From NCBI RefSeq assembly GCF_004010195.1, contig NC_057753.1:12294842-12358841 (forward strand): a stretch of DNA of 64,000 nt, written 5' to 3'. Below, in pieces: positions 13,546 to 25,225 of the stretch (the first letter of the stretch is position 1; every line of letters begins with the position of its first letter). The notes below the pieces were generated by a model. It saw only the letters and a program-made list of their open reading frames with translations. It was not told where the DNA came from and made no database searches. A program made the translations under genes and the position numbers. The stretch comes from Chiloscyllium plagiosum (Eukaryota).

Positions 13546-13810
13546 ACCTTGCGGTAATAGAGGAATTTGGCAAGCTTTGAGAAGATTTCTAGCTCAGGTA
13601 AAGGTTCTGGATATAAGTGTGCTCGCTGAGTTGGAAGGTTGATTGTCAGATGTTTCGTTACCATACTAGGTAATGCTATCAGTGAGCCTCCGGTGAAGTA
13701 CTGCTGTTATGTCCTGCTTTCTATTTATGTGTTTAGGTTTCGTTGGTTTGGTGGTGTCATTTCCTGTAATTATGTCATATGCTGTGTTGATGTAATTTTC
13801 TGTTCAGAGC
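13545..13810 (-). mobile_element. Penelope-derived repeat end with degenerate hammerhead motif
   Basis: Minus strand ctgatag-c-attacc-tagtat-ggtaac-gaaa-catc is a mutated CUGAUGA/stem II/GAAA core. Confidence 0.55.
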
Positions 13811-14727
13811 AACTAATTTTTTTTTACTAGAAATCAATGGACTCTTCATTCTTCAATTTAATCGACAAATCGTACATCTGAATCAACTGGAGAAAAATAA
13901 TCGTATCACGTTTGAATAACGTAATTGTACAGGTAGACCATGGACACATTTTTAAAAAGTCTTTCAGTGAGACAGTTCAGCATGGTGAAGAAAGTAGAAA
14001 CAGTTGTCATGGCACTGAGGGAAGGAACACCTCTATCAGCTATTTACCGACGTGATTTAAAAAAAAGTGCTTCTTGATTTGGTTTCCAATAACATTAGTA
14101 TCGTGCTTAATTGAAAAGATGTAAAGTTATAATTTACTTCTGATTCTGATCTATCTTCGATTAGTTTCAGGTTTGATTTTGAACAATTGCAAACTTTTCC
14201 TTTCCTGCAGGATTCTGGTTCCTTGGGCATGCCGAGTGTGTGTAAAATGTATCTGAAGCAAATTTGGTTCTCTCCACGCACGATGGATTGCAACATTTCT
14301 CTCCAACTTATCAGTTTTTTGACCGACGTAAACCTTGACTAATGTCAATTCAGCCACTTCTTACAGAACAATATTAAACCGGTATAACTGAAGTCATGTC
14401 ACCACATAGTTATCAAGTCTGATATAAAGCATTCTCAGATATTCACACTTCTAATTTGCAAAGTAACAAGCAAATCGTGTTTCACAGATTCGTTTCAAAA
14501 TAATCAAATAAATCACAAACAAATAAAATCAAAAGAGGCATTCCCTTGCCAAAGAGCAGGAGTAGGCAATTGGAGTAAATTCTAAATGCGTGGTTTATCA
14601 GTCCATGAAATATTATGAAGCCTAACCTGACTGTTTTCATTCATGTAATATTGCCTTCATTATCATCACCACCATATATCAACATCACATGTGAATAGTG
14701 CAGTGCCTTCTAAAACTGCTGCAGTAC

Positions 14728-15192
14728 ATAGAGTCATAGAGATGTACAGCATGGAAACAGATCCTTCGGTCCAACCGGTCCATGCCGACCTGATATCCCA
14801 ACCCAATCCAGTCCTACCTGCCAGCACCCGGCCCATATCCCTCCAAACTTTTCCTATTCATATACCCATCCGAATGCCTCTTTAATGTTGCAATTGTACC
14901 AGCCTCCACCACTTCCTCTGGCAGCTCATTGCATACACGTACTCTGTGTGAAAAAAAGGTTGCCACTTAGGTCTCTTTTATATCTTTTCCCTCTCACCCT
15001 AAACCTATGCCTTTTAGTTCTGGACTCCCAGACCCCAAGGAAAAGACTTTACTATTTACCATATCCATGTCCCTCATAATTTTGTAAGCCTCTATAAGAT
15101 CACCACTCAGCCTCCGACGCTCCAGGGAAAACAGCCCCAGCCTGTTCAGCCTCTCCCTATAGCTCAAATCCTCGAACCATGCCAACATCCTT
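14728..15192 (-). mobile_element. CR1 LINE 3' end
   Basis: Same 'catagagtcatagagatgtacagcatgg' terminus as at 45161; encodes FEDLSYRERLNRLGLFSLERRRL. Confidence 0.92.
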
Positions 15193-15984
15193 GGGAGGAA
15201 CGAGCAAATGCCAGCAGAAGACTTCGTAGGATCAGCAATATTGTGTGCTATTCGTGGTTCTAATGCCTTAATTTGTGCTAGGTATTCCAGCCAGTAGTCA
15301 CTGTTTTCATTTAGCTTAGCAGGCATTTGGTATATTCGACTGGCTGATCTGGCCTCTTTCAGAGTGGACCACCTTGCTGGTGGAGTCACTGGAGTCACGT
15401 GCTGAGTCAGTCAGTGGATGAGTGCAACAAATAGGGTCTTTTGTCAATTGTTTCATTGTCACGATTGGCTGAAAATTTGAATTCATATTTATGAATTAAA
15501 TTAAAGTTGCATTCTCTGCCATGGAGAAATTCGAACCTTAGTTCTCGAGCATTATCCTGGATCCATGGATTTCCAATCCAGGAAAAATACCACAAAGAAT
15601 CGTGTAATTAATGCATGCATGCTTTATCCCTGCTCCCTTCGCCACATCACAGACACTCTAATGGACACTTTTTAGGACTCTCTCTTGCTGCAGACACACA
15701 CAAGCACACACACACATGCACAGGCACACGTGCGCACACACGCACACACAAACACATCCTCACAGCCTAATGTTCCTGCACATAAATCTAGATTGATCCA
15801 CTGGCACCAAGCCTGAGTCACTGAGCAACATTCAGCAGCACGAATATTCGCTGATTTTCCGACAATAACCTATAGACTTTGGGTAATGATGGAAAGAAGG
15901 ATTGTAGGTTGACTAATTTGCTGAACCAATCTGGTATTTCTGGGTAATGTTCAACGGCAGGAATCTTACTTGCTTCTGCCATTC

Positions 15985-16593
15985 CATACTGCACGAAGAA
16001 GAAAGCACTTGTTGTTCTGGGAACAGTGACTGTATTGAGTTGCATCAAAGAGAATTTCTGATATTTTGTGCTCATGGATGAGTCCTGGCTGGAGAACACC
16101 CCCTGGAGAACACGCCCTGGCGGAACAACTGAAATTCATGAATCTCCTATTTGGGTATTAATAGAGTTCATTCGTACATTCTTCTCACTGCTGTTCCTTT
16201 TGCCCTCCAATTCTCCTGTTTAATTATTTAAAACTCCAGCATATTTTGATGAGCAAAAAAGCCCGGAAGAGACTGCATCGTCAGAATGGCGAGGAAAATG
16301 CAAGACACCCAGACATGGCGATCCAAAGGAAGTATATAGTTTTACTATTTATTATCTCAGGGAATTTCATCCTGTTATGGACAACTTTCATGCTATACCT
16401 TATTTTGTTGAGTTATGAGGCTATATGGTTACCATACTTCGTACGGGAAATTGGATTTATGCTCCATATTCTGCGTTGCTGTACAAATACTTGCATTGGT
16501 GTTGTAACTCAGGCTAAGTTCAGTGAGCAGTTTAAGAATATGTTGCTTTTTCCATTTAGACACATTGTATTAATCATTCAATTATTTCCATAA
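15985..16593 (+). pseudogene. GPR139/GPR142-like class A GPCR pseudogene (TM4-TM7 part)
   Basis: YCTKKKALVVLGTVTVLSCIKENF*YF...TPW, then ILMSKKARKRL...IVLLFIISGNFILLW...EIGFMLHILRCCTNTCIGVVTQAKFSEQFKNMLLFPF. Contains stops and frameshifts; 5' half missing. Confidence 0.85.
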
Positions 16594-16776
16594 TTGATGC
16601 ACTTCAGCAGCAGTACTGAAACTTATTCCAAATTATTTTTGATGCACGAGTACCTTCGGATTAGTGTTATACATTAGTAGGAAAATTGACTGCTACATTA
16701 TATCAAAATAAACACATATTGTCAGTGGGTTACATATCACTGAAACAGCCGCACAACATATTTAGCTTTGGTAAAG

Positions 16777-16823
16777 ATGATGATAAACATGATGATGATG
16801 ATAATAATAATAATAATAATAAT
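16777..16823. repeat. (GAT)n(AAT)n compound microsatellite
   Basis: gatgatgat...aataataataat. Confidence 0.9.
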
Positions 16824-18105
16824 AGTGGTCTGAGTAGTGTGAGGTGTTACTTGCTGTACACATTTCCGTGAGCTGCAGGGGTGGTGGCGTTGATAATCTC
16901 GGGGCTCATAGCAGTTTTAACATCAGCAAAAACATTTGCTTAGTGGTTCCAGGTGACATGCACAAATCGTGGTAGACATCGATCTCAAAGCGTGCTCCAA
17001 GTGAGTAGCAATTTGATAATAACAAGATCCACGTTTTTTGGAGACTTTCAAAGGAAAATGGGGCCAATTTTTTATCATCTCCTTTGAAAAGCGGCATTGA
17101 AATCAATACGAAAACAATTAATGTTGGAGATCGCAGCGAGTCAGACAGCATCTATGGAGGAACAGCAAGTTGACAGTTCGATTCGAGATGACTCTTCACC
17201 AGAGTAGAAGTGGACTGTGGATGGGGCAGCATCTATGTTATATCTAGGGGATTGGGAGGTATGCGATGTAGAGTGCTTGTGAAAAAAGTTTGTATTTCAG
17301 ATTAAGTGATAATAACATAGGAATAGCCAGAGAATTGTGTATTTAACTGGCAGACTTGAAAGGGCAGACAGTACCACTGAATGGGGGGAGGAGATGCGGA
17401 GGCGCGGGGGTGCAAGAGAACATTGTGACAGAGAATGCAACAAATAAAGCTCAAAATAACGGCGCTGGTTCACATGTTCTATGTGTTGAACTCAATATGA
17501 AGTCCAGAAACACAACCATCTTAATGAAGACTTCTACAATCTCATGGTCACTCTTCCTCAAAGGATCTCTCACCACAATGTTGCTAATTAATCCAATCTC
17601 GCAACGCAATACCTAATATAATATAGCTTACTGTCTAATTGGTTACTTGACATATTGGGAAAGGAAAAAAATCCTTCATGCATTCAGGAAATACTCGTCC
17701 AGCGCATTGCTGCCAGTTTTCTTAGTCTAATCAATAAGTAAATTAAAGCAAATGCAATAGACATACTGCATCCCTCTCCAATTTACTTTATGATACAGTG
17801 CCCAACATCACAACTACTGTTTGGTGGTCTGCACACAACGCAATTTCTCTTTGGTATTCTACATTTCCACCCATACAGCTTTCACATCGTGTAGGCTCCC
17901 GTTCTGTTTTACTCGTGTGACAATCGATTCTACCTCATCTCCCTTTACTGTCTTTCCTGAAAATTGAATAATCCTCGATGTTGAGTTCCCATCCTCAGTC
18001 ATCCTGGAGACAAGTTTCTGTGATCGCAATTATATCACATGCATTCGTAAATGTTTACACGGTTAATTCATCCACGTGATTAAAATGTCACTCGCATTTT
18101 ACCGT

Positions 18106-18428
18106 GGGCGGCACGGTGGCACAGTGGTTAGCACTGCTGCCTCACAGCGCTTGAGACCCGGGTTCAATTCCCGCCTCAGGCGACTGACTGTGTGGAGTTT
18201 GCACGTTCTCCCCGTGTCTGCGTGGGTTTCCTCCGGGTGCTCCGGTTTCCTCCCACAGTCCAAAAGATGTGCAGGGTCAGGTGAATTGGCCATGCTAAAA
18301 TTGCCCGTAGTGTTAGGTAAGGGGTAAATGTAGGGGTATGGGTGGGTTTCGCTTCGGCGGGTCGGTGTGGACTTGTTGGGCCGAAGGGCCTGTTTCCACA
18401 CTGTAATGTAATGTAATCTAATCTAATC
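18106..18428 (+). mobile_element. Full-length HE1-like SINE
   Basis: tRNA-like head with A box (TGGCACAGTGG) and B box (GGTTCAATTCC), conserved core and an (AATCT)n tail. Confidence 0.92.
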
Positions 18429-18559
18429 ATTGAGGAACAGACCTTTCAGGTCATTTTGGTTTGAGATATATTGCGATTTCTGAATCACTGCAAAATGTTG
18501 CTCACTTTTATTATTATCTTTATGTCTCTGCCTTCTACTTTCACTTTTTCCCTCACTGT

Positions 18560-19345
18560 CGTTGTTTCTGCCCAAACTTCACGTCCTTCCGACTTGTGCA
18601 TTGTTTCCCATTCGCCTGCCATGTTGTTTTAAACGCTTCCCAACAGCAATAGAAAACACTTCCCCATGACATTGTTTCTCGTCCATCCCAGGTGCAGACC
18701 GTCTGGTTTATGCTGGCCGTATCTTCCCCTGAACCGGATCCAGTGTGGCACCAATCTGAATCCCTCCCTCTTGCACCAGCCTCCAAGCCATTTATTCATT
18801 TTAGTTATCCTGTTATTCTCACTCTGGCTTGAATGTGACACGAGTAGTAATTCCAGGATCACTACTTTTGAAGTCGTACATTTAACTTTCATACGTAACT
18901 CCCTAAATTCAGCTCATTGGGCAGCATTCCGATTTTTACCTGTGTTGTTGGTGCCTATATATATATCAAGACAGCTGGCAGTTCACTCTCTCCCCAACTC
19001 CACGCCCCCCACCCAACCCCGCGAGCCCTCAGAATGTCCTTCAGCCGCTTGGAAACGTCCTTGACCCCTACATCACGGAGGCAGCATACGATACTGAACT
19101 TTCTTTTATGAAGGCAGAAGCATCTACCTGTTCCGCTAACAATTTCATCCCCTATCCCTCCAGCTCTGACAGTTTTTATCCTCCCTCCTGTGCAAAATGG
19201 CCAGCCATCTTACCATGACCCTGACTGCTGCAAATTTTTCTTGGTGAGCCATCTCTCCCAACAATGTCCAAAACTGATTACCTGTTCTGAAGGGAGATGA
19301 CTGCAGACGACCCCTACACTGCCTTCGTGCTCTTCCTCCGTCTGT
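18560..19345 (-). mobile_element. CR1 LINE ORF1 (SGNH esterase-like) relic
   Basis: RITKMNKWLGGWCKREGFRLVPHW...KPDGLHL motif. Confidence 0.8.
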
Positions 19346-19444
19346 TGTTCTAGCCTAGGTCAGAGCCCCTCAAAATATTTTTAGAAGGTAATCTGGAACG
19401 CAACCTTTCCTTATCTTTAGGCAGATGTGAAGTGATATTCCAGG

Positions 19445-19933
19445 TGTGACGAAGCTGACTGAACCAGACGGCTTGAAGCAAAACAGAATTCATTTAAACG
19501 CTACAGTTGAAACACAAACAATAAGAAATAGAATTTAGTAGATCTTAACTTTTGGAAACTTAAATGACCGACACAGAAAATTAGCGAAGGAGCTATTCCA
19601 TTTCCTACAACATCTCAAAAACACACACCATGGCAAAAGTTAATTTCATGCACAGAGTCTCACAGAAAGAAGAGATTTCAAAAAGAAAATCAGTAAAGCA
19701 TCTTCTGCTGAAGCATGGAACATTATTCACTGCCGCAGCTTCTGCTGTTATACCGAAAACCAGCAGCTTCTGACTGTTACAACTATAGGAAACTTATAAA
19801 ATCTTGAACTGGGAGAACGGAACACTCTCCTGCTTTTGTTACACTAGGATCTTTCCCAATATTTCTGTACCTCTGACCATTTTAAAAAATAATCTATGGA
19901 CAAAATAACTTTTTAAAGGGACAGCTTTGCCAC
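19445..19933. mobile_element. Probable solo LTR
   Basis: Begins TGTGAC and ends GCCACA, about 490 bp, no coding capacity. No clear TSD. Confidence 0.4.
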
Positions 19934-19952
19934 ACTGTTTATCACTCTTCCA

Positions 19953-20203
19953 CAGGCGACTGATTGTGTGGAGTTTGCACATTCTCCCCGTGTCTGCGTG
20001 GGTTTCCTCCGGGTGCTCCGGTTTCCTCCCACAATCCAAAAGATGTGCAGGTCAGGTGAATTGGCCATGCTAAATTGCCCATAGTGTTAGGTAAGGGGTA
20101 AATGTAGGGGTAGGGGTACGGGTGGGTTGCGCTTCGGCGGGGCGGTGTGGACTTGTTGGGCCGAAAGGCCTGTTTCCACACTGTAAGTAATCTAATCTAA
20201 TCT
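19953..20203 (+). mobile_element. HE1-like SINE, 5'-truncated, near-identical to the 18106 copy
   Basis: Same body and (AATCT)n tail. Confidence 0.92.
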
Positions 20204-23200
20204 ATAGTGTGACCAAGTTACTAAACGTGCTATCCATGGCTCTTTCCATTTCGCTGAAGCTTCAAAGTGAGTCCACCCGCATCTACAGAGCTATCAAAGT
20301 GTCAGACAAGGGCTGCATCTGGACACACATCCTGCACATGAAGGAATCAGGGACATGGGAACTGTCCTTGAATTACCAAATTGCATTGGAGGCCCATAAC
20401 TAGGATCTCCTACCATGATTTAACGCTTAAATTAACAACAGGAGCAAAGTTAAGCGAAAGGAAATAAGAAACAATCGCATCATTTCGTACAACAAAAAGT
20501 AAGCGTCGGCATACTGGGAACAAAATGTAATCATGCAGTGAGAAATACATATGAGTTTCGATTCATAAAAGAAAACAGAAGGATCAGCGAGAGAAAAGGC
20601 AGTTGTGATAGTTACTTGTGATGGCGAGTTAATAACTGTTTGTAGAGGTTGTCTGTTGTAATTAACGAGGAAGCTGAGAGCCTGGTTTATGTCTGATCTG
20701 TGCTGAAGTAATCAGTATTCATGCAGTAAGAAACCAGGGTTTCTCGATATTTTCAGCTTGAGCAGTCAGAAGCTGTTTGTACTCCCAGAAGAGCTGGACG
20801 CTTCAGTGAATGATTCTGAGCTGCTAGTTTTTTCTGAAATCTCTCTTGATATTGTTCCCTCTTGTATTGGAGAAGTACATGAAAAAAACCCGTCTTTGAA
20901 TTGACCTCTTTGCCAAGAGGTGTGTTGAGAATACAATGTAATAAATCAGAACTTAATATAACAAAATAGAATAGAATAGCATATTCGTTATTGTAACATG
21001 CAATCCATTGTAATAATTTCGTGAAACTGTTTAAACTGTCTGCGTTCTGAAGGCGACATCTTAAGTACAAGTACCTCGGTAGAAATCCTGCATACAACAG
21101 AGGTATACAAGTAGTTGCATTATTTGCAGAGTTTAAAACTAAGATCGAAAAAAGAACATATTTAAAGGTTTGACATTACAGCAAGATAAGACATTTCAAA
21201 TACACATGACATCGTTGCAGCTCAGCATAGCGCATCCACGTTGATTCCAATCTACCAGCCCTCTATGCTCCACTCCAAGCCTCCAGTCCGCTCCATTCTG
21301 GCACGCAGTTGCTCCAAGGTAAGTTCAAGTGCTGCTTTCCCCACGCCAGTCTCGGTCCAAATCTCGCTTCTTACTCACGTGTCTGAGGCGACTTCCCGTG
21401 CTGCTCTGGGACTCATAGCTCACGTGATTATCGGAGACTTGCATCCCATGCGCTGCTCCAGGGATTCTGGGTCCTTGCAACCTGCATGATAATTTAGAGG
21501 TTGCAAACTAGGCCCTCTGTCAGGCCCCGTTGCTCTGGTACTTGCTACGCATGCCTGCTGCTGCAAAACGATTCGGTTTTGGGGTTCAGGGGAGAACAAG
21601 CATAAAAATGAGAAAAATAACCGAAGGAAAGAAAAAGAATAGGCGGGGTAGAAGAGCTCCAGCAGGAACGTTTTCTCGAATACTGTCTTGCCAGGGAACT
21701 GTTATGCTAGTTACTGTATTCGAACAATTAATTAGCAAATTGTACTTTATGTATTAATCGGTTATGTTTTTCACTCGTTAAGTTATTCTAAATTATGTTT
21801 TCTTTTGTTTGCATTTTAACTTCAATGCATAAATTAATTGTGTTTTGCTTAATGTTGTGTTATTTCATCAGTCACATCACATCTGGAACAATGAGTTCGT
21901 ATCTATTTTTACAATAAGAGAATGTGAGGGCCTTGACACCCTTCGTAAGATATTTTTACGTGCTCTCGTCTCGTCCGTAAGAACTGTAACACCGGGAATG
22001 AAGAGCTGATATTATAAAAATATTCAAATTACGCATGTGTTCAAAGAGACAGGATTAGAAATTCCTTATTTAGTGGGTTGGTGAAGAATAAAGAACGACC
22101 AATCCATCAGTTTAATAACAGCACAGTTAGAGAAAGTAATATTTTTGTTACCGAATCACATCAGACCTCATTGACAGTAGAGTGCATGGAGCTCGTGGAG
22201 GTGATGTCAGGAGAAGAAAAATTACAGGGGGGAGGGGAGAACGAAAGAGAAGAGTTCGACGCCTTGGTGAAACTGGTTTGCTGTAGTTAGAGCGGAGAAC
22301 CTTTATTGTAGAGTTCTGTCATTCTGTCAAGATTTTGTCATTCTCCAGTTGACAGTTGATTAGCCCACCCCAGTCCTGAGCATTGTACATAATGTAAAAC
22401 TCAGAGATTCGTGGAGCACAGGACAGAATCAGGAATTTTTTTTTTGTCGGGAATTTAAGTTGTTGAGGACGTAGAAGTTGCACTTGCTAGTGAGTAACAG
22501 TAAAACCACAACAGAACCTGCACAAACAGAATCTAACTGACAGATGAGTCTTCCGGGCAGATTCTCACGATGGTGTAAAACCTCAAACTAACCAAAGTTA
22601 TTTTATTCAAGGAATAAAATATGACAAAATAAAATTAACTTCTAAATTCAAATTAAGGTGAAGTGGAAAGATCTACTCCCTTGAAAGAGGAATACACCTT
22701 CCATGACAATTAAAGTAATAAATGGAAATGGTTAGTTGTTGATGATGGAAACTCAGCTAAACGGAATCTATCGTTTTCATCTGAGTTTTCTGTGAACAGT
22801 AAGAAAAACAGTTTATGCATTCACATAAAATCTTGCTAGAAAGTACTTGTCTAACTGGGATTTATTTCCCCCAAATAATATAAATACAAATTTAAAATCA
22901 AATATTCATGCATTTTCCATATTGTTATTATCCCTGCTCTCTGAAGCAGTATTACCCCGACTATTTCTGCTTCCCCAGAACTCCACAAATTTGAACAAAT
23001 TCTGTAAGTGTTCATTGAATCTGCTTTCTCTATTCTCTCTCTGTGTAGAAGAGAACAAACCATCTTCCCCAAGTACCAATTTTCCAAGGAAAGCATTCAA
23101 AAGTGCAGAAAGTAATATCTAAAATTAATTTTCTCAAAATCACAATCTTATTCATATAATTATCATCTTTCCGTTATGTACGTTGGATTGCCACACAATG

Positions 23201-23267
23201 AATAAAGTTTCTATGCTGCAGTCCGAGATTTCAAATTTCCCATTTCCCTCAACTGCAAACCACTTCA

Positions 23268-23306
23268 TTTGTTTGTACAGCTGTCTCTGTTCTCTGTATT
23301 GCTGTT
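23268..23306 (-). other. 23-RSS #3, degenerate (dead heptamer)
   Basis: AACAGCA-atacagagaacagagacagctgt (23)-ACAAACAAA; spacer clearly homologous to that of RSS #2. Confidence 0.7.
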
Positions 23307-23328
23307 GCTGTAATCGTCAGTACATTCA

Positions 23329-23367
23329 GGTTTTGGTACAGCTCTCCCTGTGCTCTGTATCACTGTG
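23329..23367 (-). other. 23-RSS #2, 60 nt downstream of RSS #1
   Basis: CACAGTG-atacagagcacagggagagctgt (23)-ACCAAAACC. Confidence 0.88.
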
Positions 23368-23388
23368 TCCTAATCGTTAGCATAGTTA

Positions 23389-23427
23389 TGTTTTTGTACA
23401 GCTCTTTCCGTCATTTGGATCATAGTG
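23389..23427 (-). other. 23-RSS #1 (proximal) of the supporting V
   Basis: CACTATG-atccaaatgacggaaagagctgt (23)-ACAAAAACA. Confidence 0.9.
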
Positions 23428-23737
23428 TATGCTGAGCGCCGACTCAGTGCACAGTAATACACAGCAGAGTCACTTTGTTGTATGGTGGCGATATATAATC
23501 GAGTAATTTTCGCTGCAGAGTCAATATCAGCAGAAATTCTTTCTCCAGCTGCATTTTTGTTATTCTGCTGTCCTGAAGTGTATCTCTGAAGCAGGTATTC
23601 CAGACCCTGTCCTGGGGCATGACGGTACCAGTAAACTGTGTACTGACAGAATCCTGAATATTTACAGCTTAAAGTAATGGTGTCACCTGCAACTGAGGTT
23701 TTGACAGTAGGGCTGTTAGACACCAGGGACGGGGAAT
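23428..23737 (-). CDS. NAR-TCR supporting TCR-delta V segment (no functional own leader; CDR1 cysteine)
   Basis: Acceptor TTCTACAG| in phase 1, then (D)SPSLVSNSPTVKTSVAGDTITLSCKYSGFCQYTVYWYRH...DSAVYYCALSRRSAY with no stops. Extra Cys in CDR1. Phase matches the upstream NAR-TCR J donor. Confidence 0.93.
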
Positions 23738-24227
23738 CTGTAGAATATATTAAAAAAGAGATTTTAGAGTACTGGTTGTGCTGGAAACCTGGAAATCGTG
23801 CAAATAATTCTGTTCTTAAGATATTTTTCTGACTTTAACCCAGCTTTGACATTGTCTTCATCTTAATTAACAAATTAATATCCAAATGTTGCAATTTCTT
23901 GTTGTTGGCAGAGTGCGTTGTTATGACCAGATTCAAACATTAGAATGCATTATAAGAATTCAGAATTTAGACTAAATTTCGAACGGTATTTGGAAATGAA
24001 CTGCAACAGGGAAGGATCGCAGGAGAACGGGCAAAAATTACAGAATGGGAGGAATTGGATTTTTTTGATGTATCTGCATATGCACTACAGATACTGTGGT
24101 GTCTGCTTCAATCGATTTTATTAAAAATCTTCTTCTGCATTTCTGTTAAATGTGCATCTGGGAAAAATAGTTCATGCTCCTCCTCACTCAGATGATCACT
24201 TCGCAGATTTACATAACGGACAATTAC

Positions 24228-24285
24228 CCCCGCCATGTTACATCACTATGGTCAGTAAGATCCAACAGAACGTCATAAAACTCAT
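24228..24285 (-). pseudogene. Disabled leader exon upstream of the supporting V
   Basis: ATG..MSFMTFCWILLTIVM*HGG + G|GTAATT; 58 nt, phase 1, hydrophobic core, in-frame TAA at 24240-24238. Confidence 0.65.
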
Positions 24286-24344
24286 CAGCAGTTATTGACC
24301 TAGATGAACGGTAAGTATCTGTAAGCCACCGTATTCGGGAAGAG

Positions 24345-25225
24345 AATTAAGGAACAGTACTGGCACAGCAGAAGGTCATTCGGTCTGACGTGCTCATACT
24401 GTGTCTTTGAATGAGGAATTCAATGACTACCACTTCCCACTATCTGCCAGCGGCTGACACACTCTTCCTTCTTAGATAATTATGCAATTTCCTCTATAAA
24501 ACCTTGGCCAAGTTTGCCTTTCTTGCAGTCTCAGGAATTACATTATCCATCACAACCATTCAAATTAAATTCCTTTTACTTAAGTCGCCATTGATTCTTT
24601 TATCTATTCTGTTCAATGCGTTTGTTTCAGTTCTCGAGCTTTCCACCAACGGGAGCACTTTGACTTTATCTGCTCTGTCCACACTGTTCATGATTTTGAT
24701 TACCTTCATTAAGTAGGGAGGAAGCGAATGGTTTGGGGACCATACTAAATCTGTTCGACAGGACTTCCATGGTATGGAGGATTTTAGCCGTGAAAAATGT
24801 TTGGGTAGAATGGGTTTGGTGTCACAGGAACGCAGGAGATTGCAGGGCGATCTGACAGACGTCTGTAAGATTGTGAATTGCACGAAGAGAATGGAAAGTA
24901 TGAGGTTTTTTTCCCAGGGTGGAGGGGTGAATTCCTAGGTGAGACAGGTTTAAGGTGCGAGGAGGGAGATCATAGAAGAGGTATGCGAGCCAGGTTTTTC
25001 ACACAAAGAGAGGGGAGTGCCGGGATTGCGTTGCAAGAGGAGACGATGGAAGCAGACACAGTAGCAGATTTCAATAAGCACCTCGACGAATACATTAAAA
25101 GGAAGGGAATGCAAAGATACAGATCATGTGTGCAGACAGTTGTAGTATGGAAGGTAAAAATGTGTCAATGGAAACTCATAGAAGTGAAGGCCCCGATCTT
25201 GTGCTGTATTGTCCTTTGTTCTCGA
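24345..25225. mobile_element. Two CR1-type 3' fragments in opposite orientations
   Basis: Minus: MKVIKIMNSVDRADKVKVLPLVESSRT. Plus: RFFTQREG...TVADFNKHLDEY. Confidence 0.7.

Noticed and set aside
13960-14260. V-like words (GTEGRNTSIS, LIWF, LQDSG)
   Set aside because: Too fragmentary; no Cys motifs or RSS could be aligned.
15200-15360. Minus-strand peptide YWLEYLAQIKALEPRI fused to a CR1 ORF
   Set aside because: Read-through into a LINE fragment. Resemblance to a GPCR exon 1 is too weak to call.
18076-18430. Several ORFs and a tRNA-like sequence
   Set aside because: All within a SINE; the tRNA-like head is not a tRNA gene.
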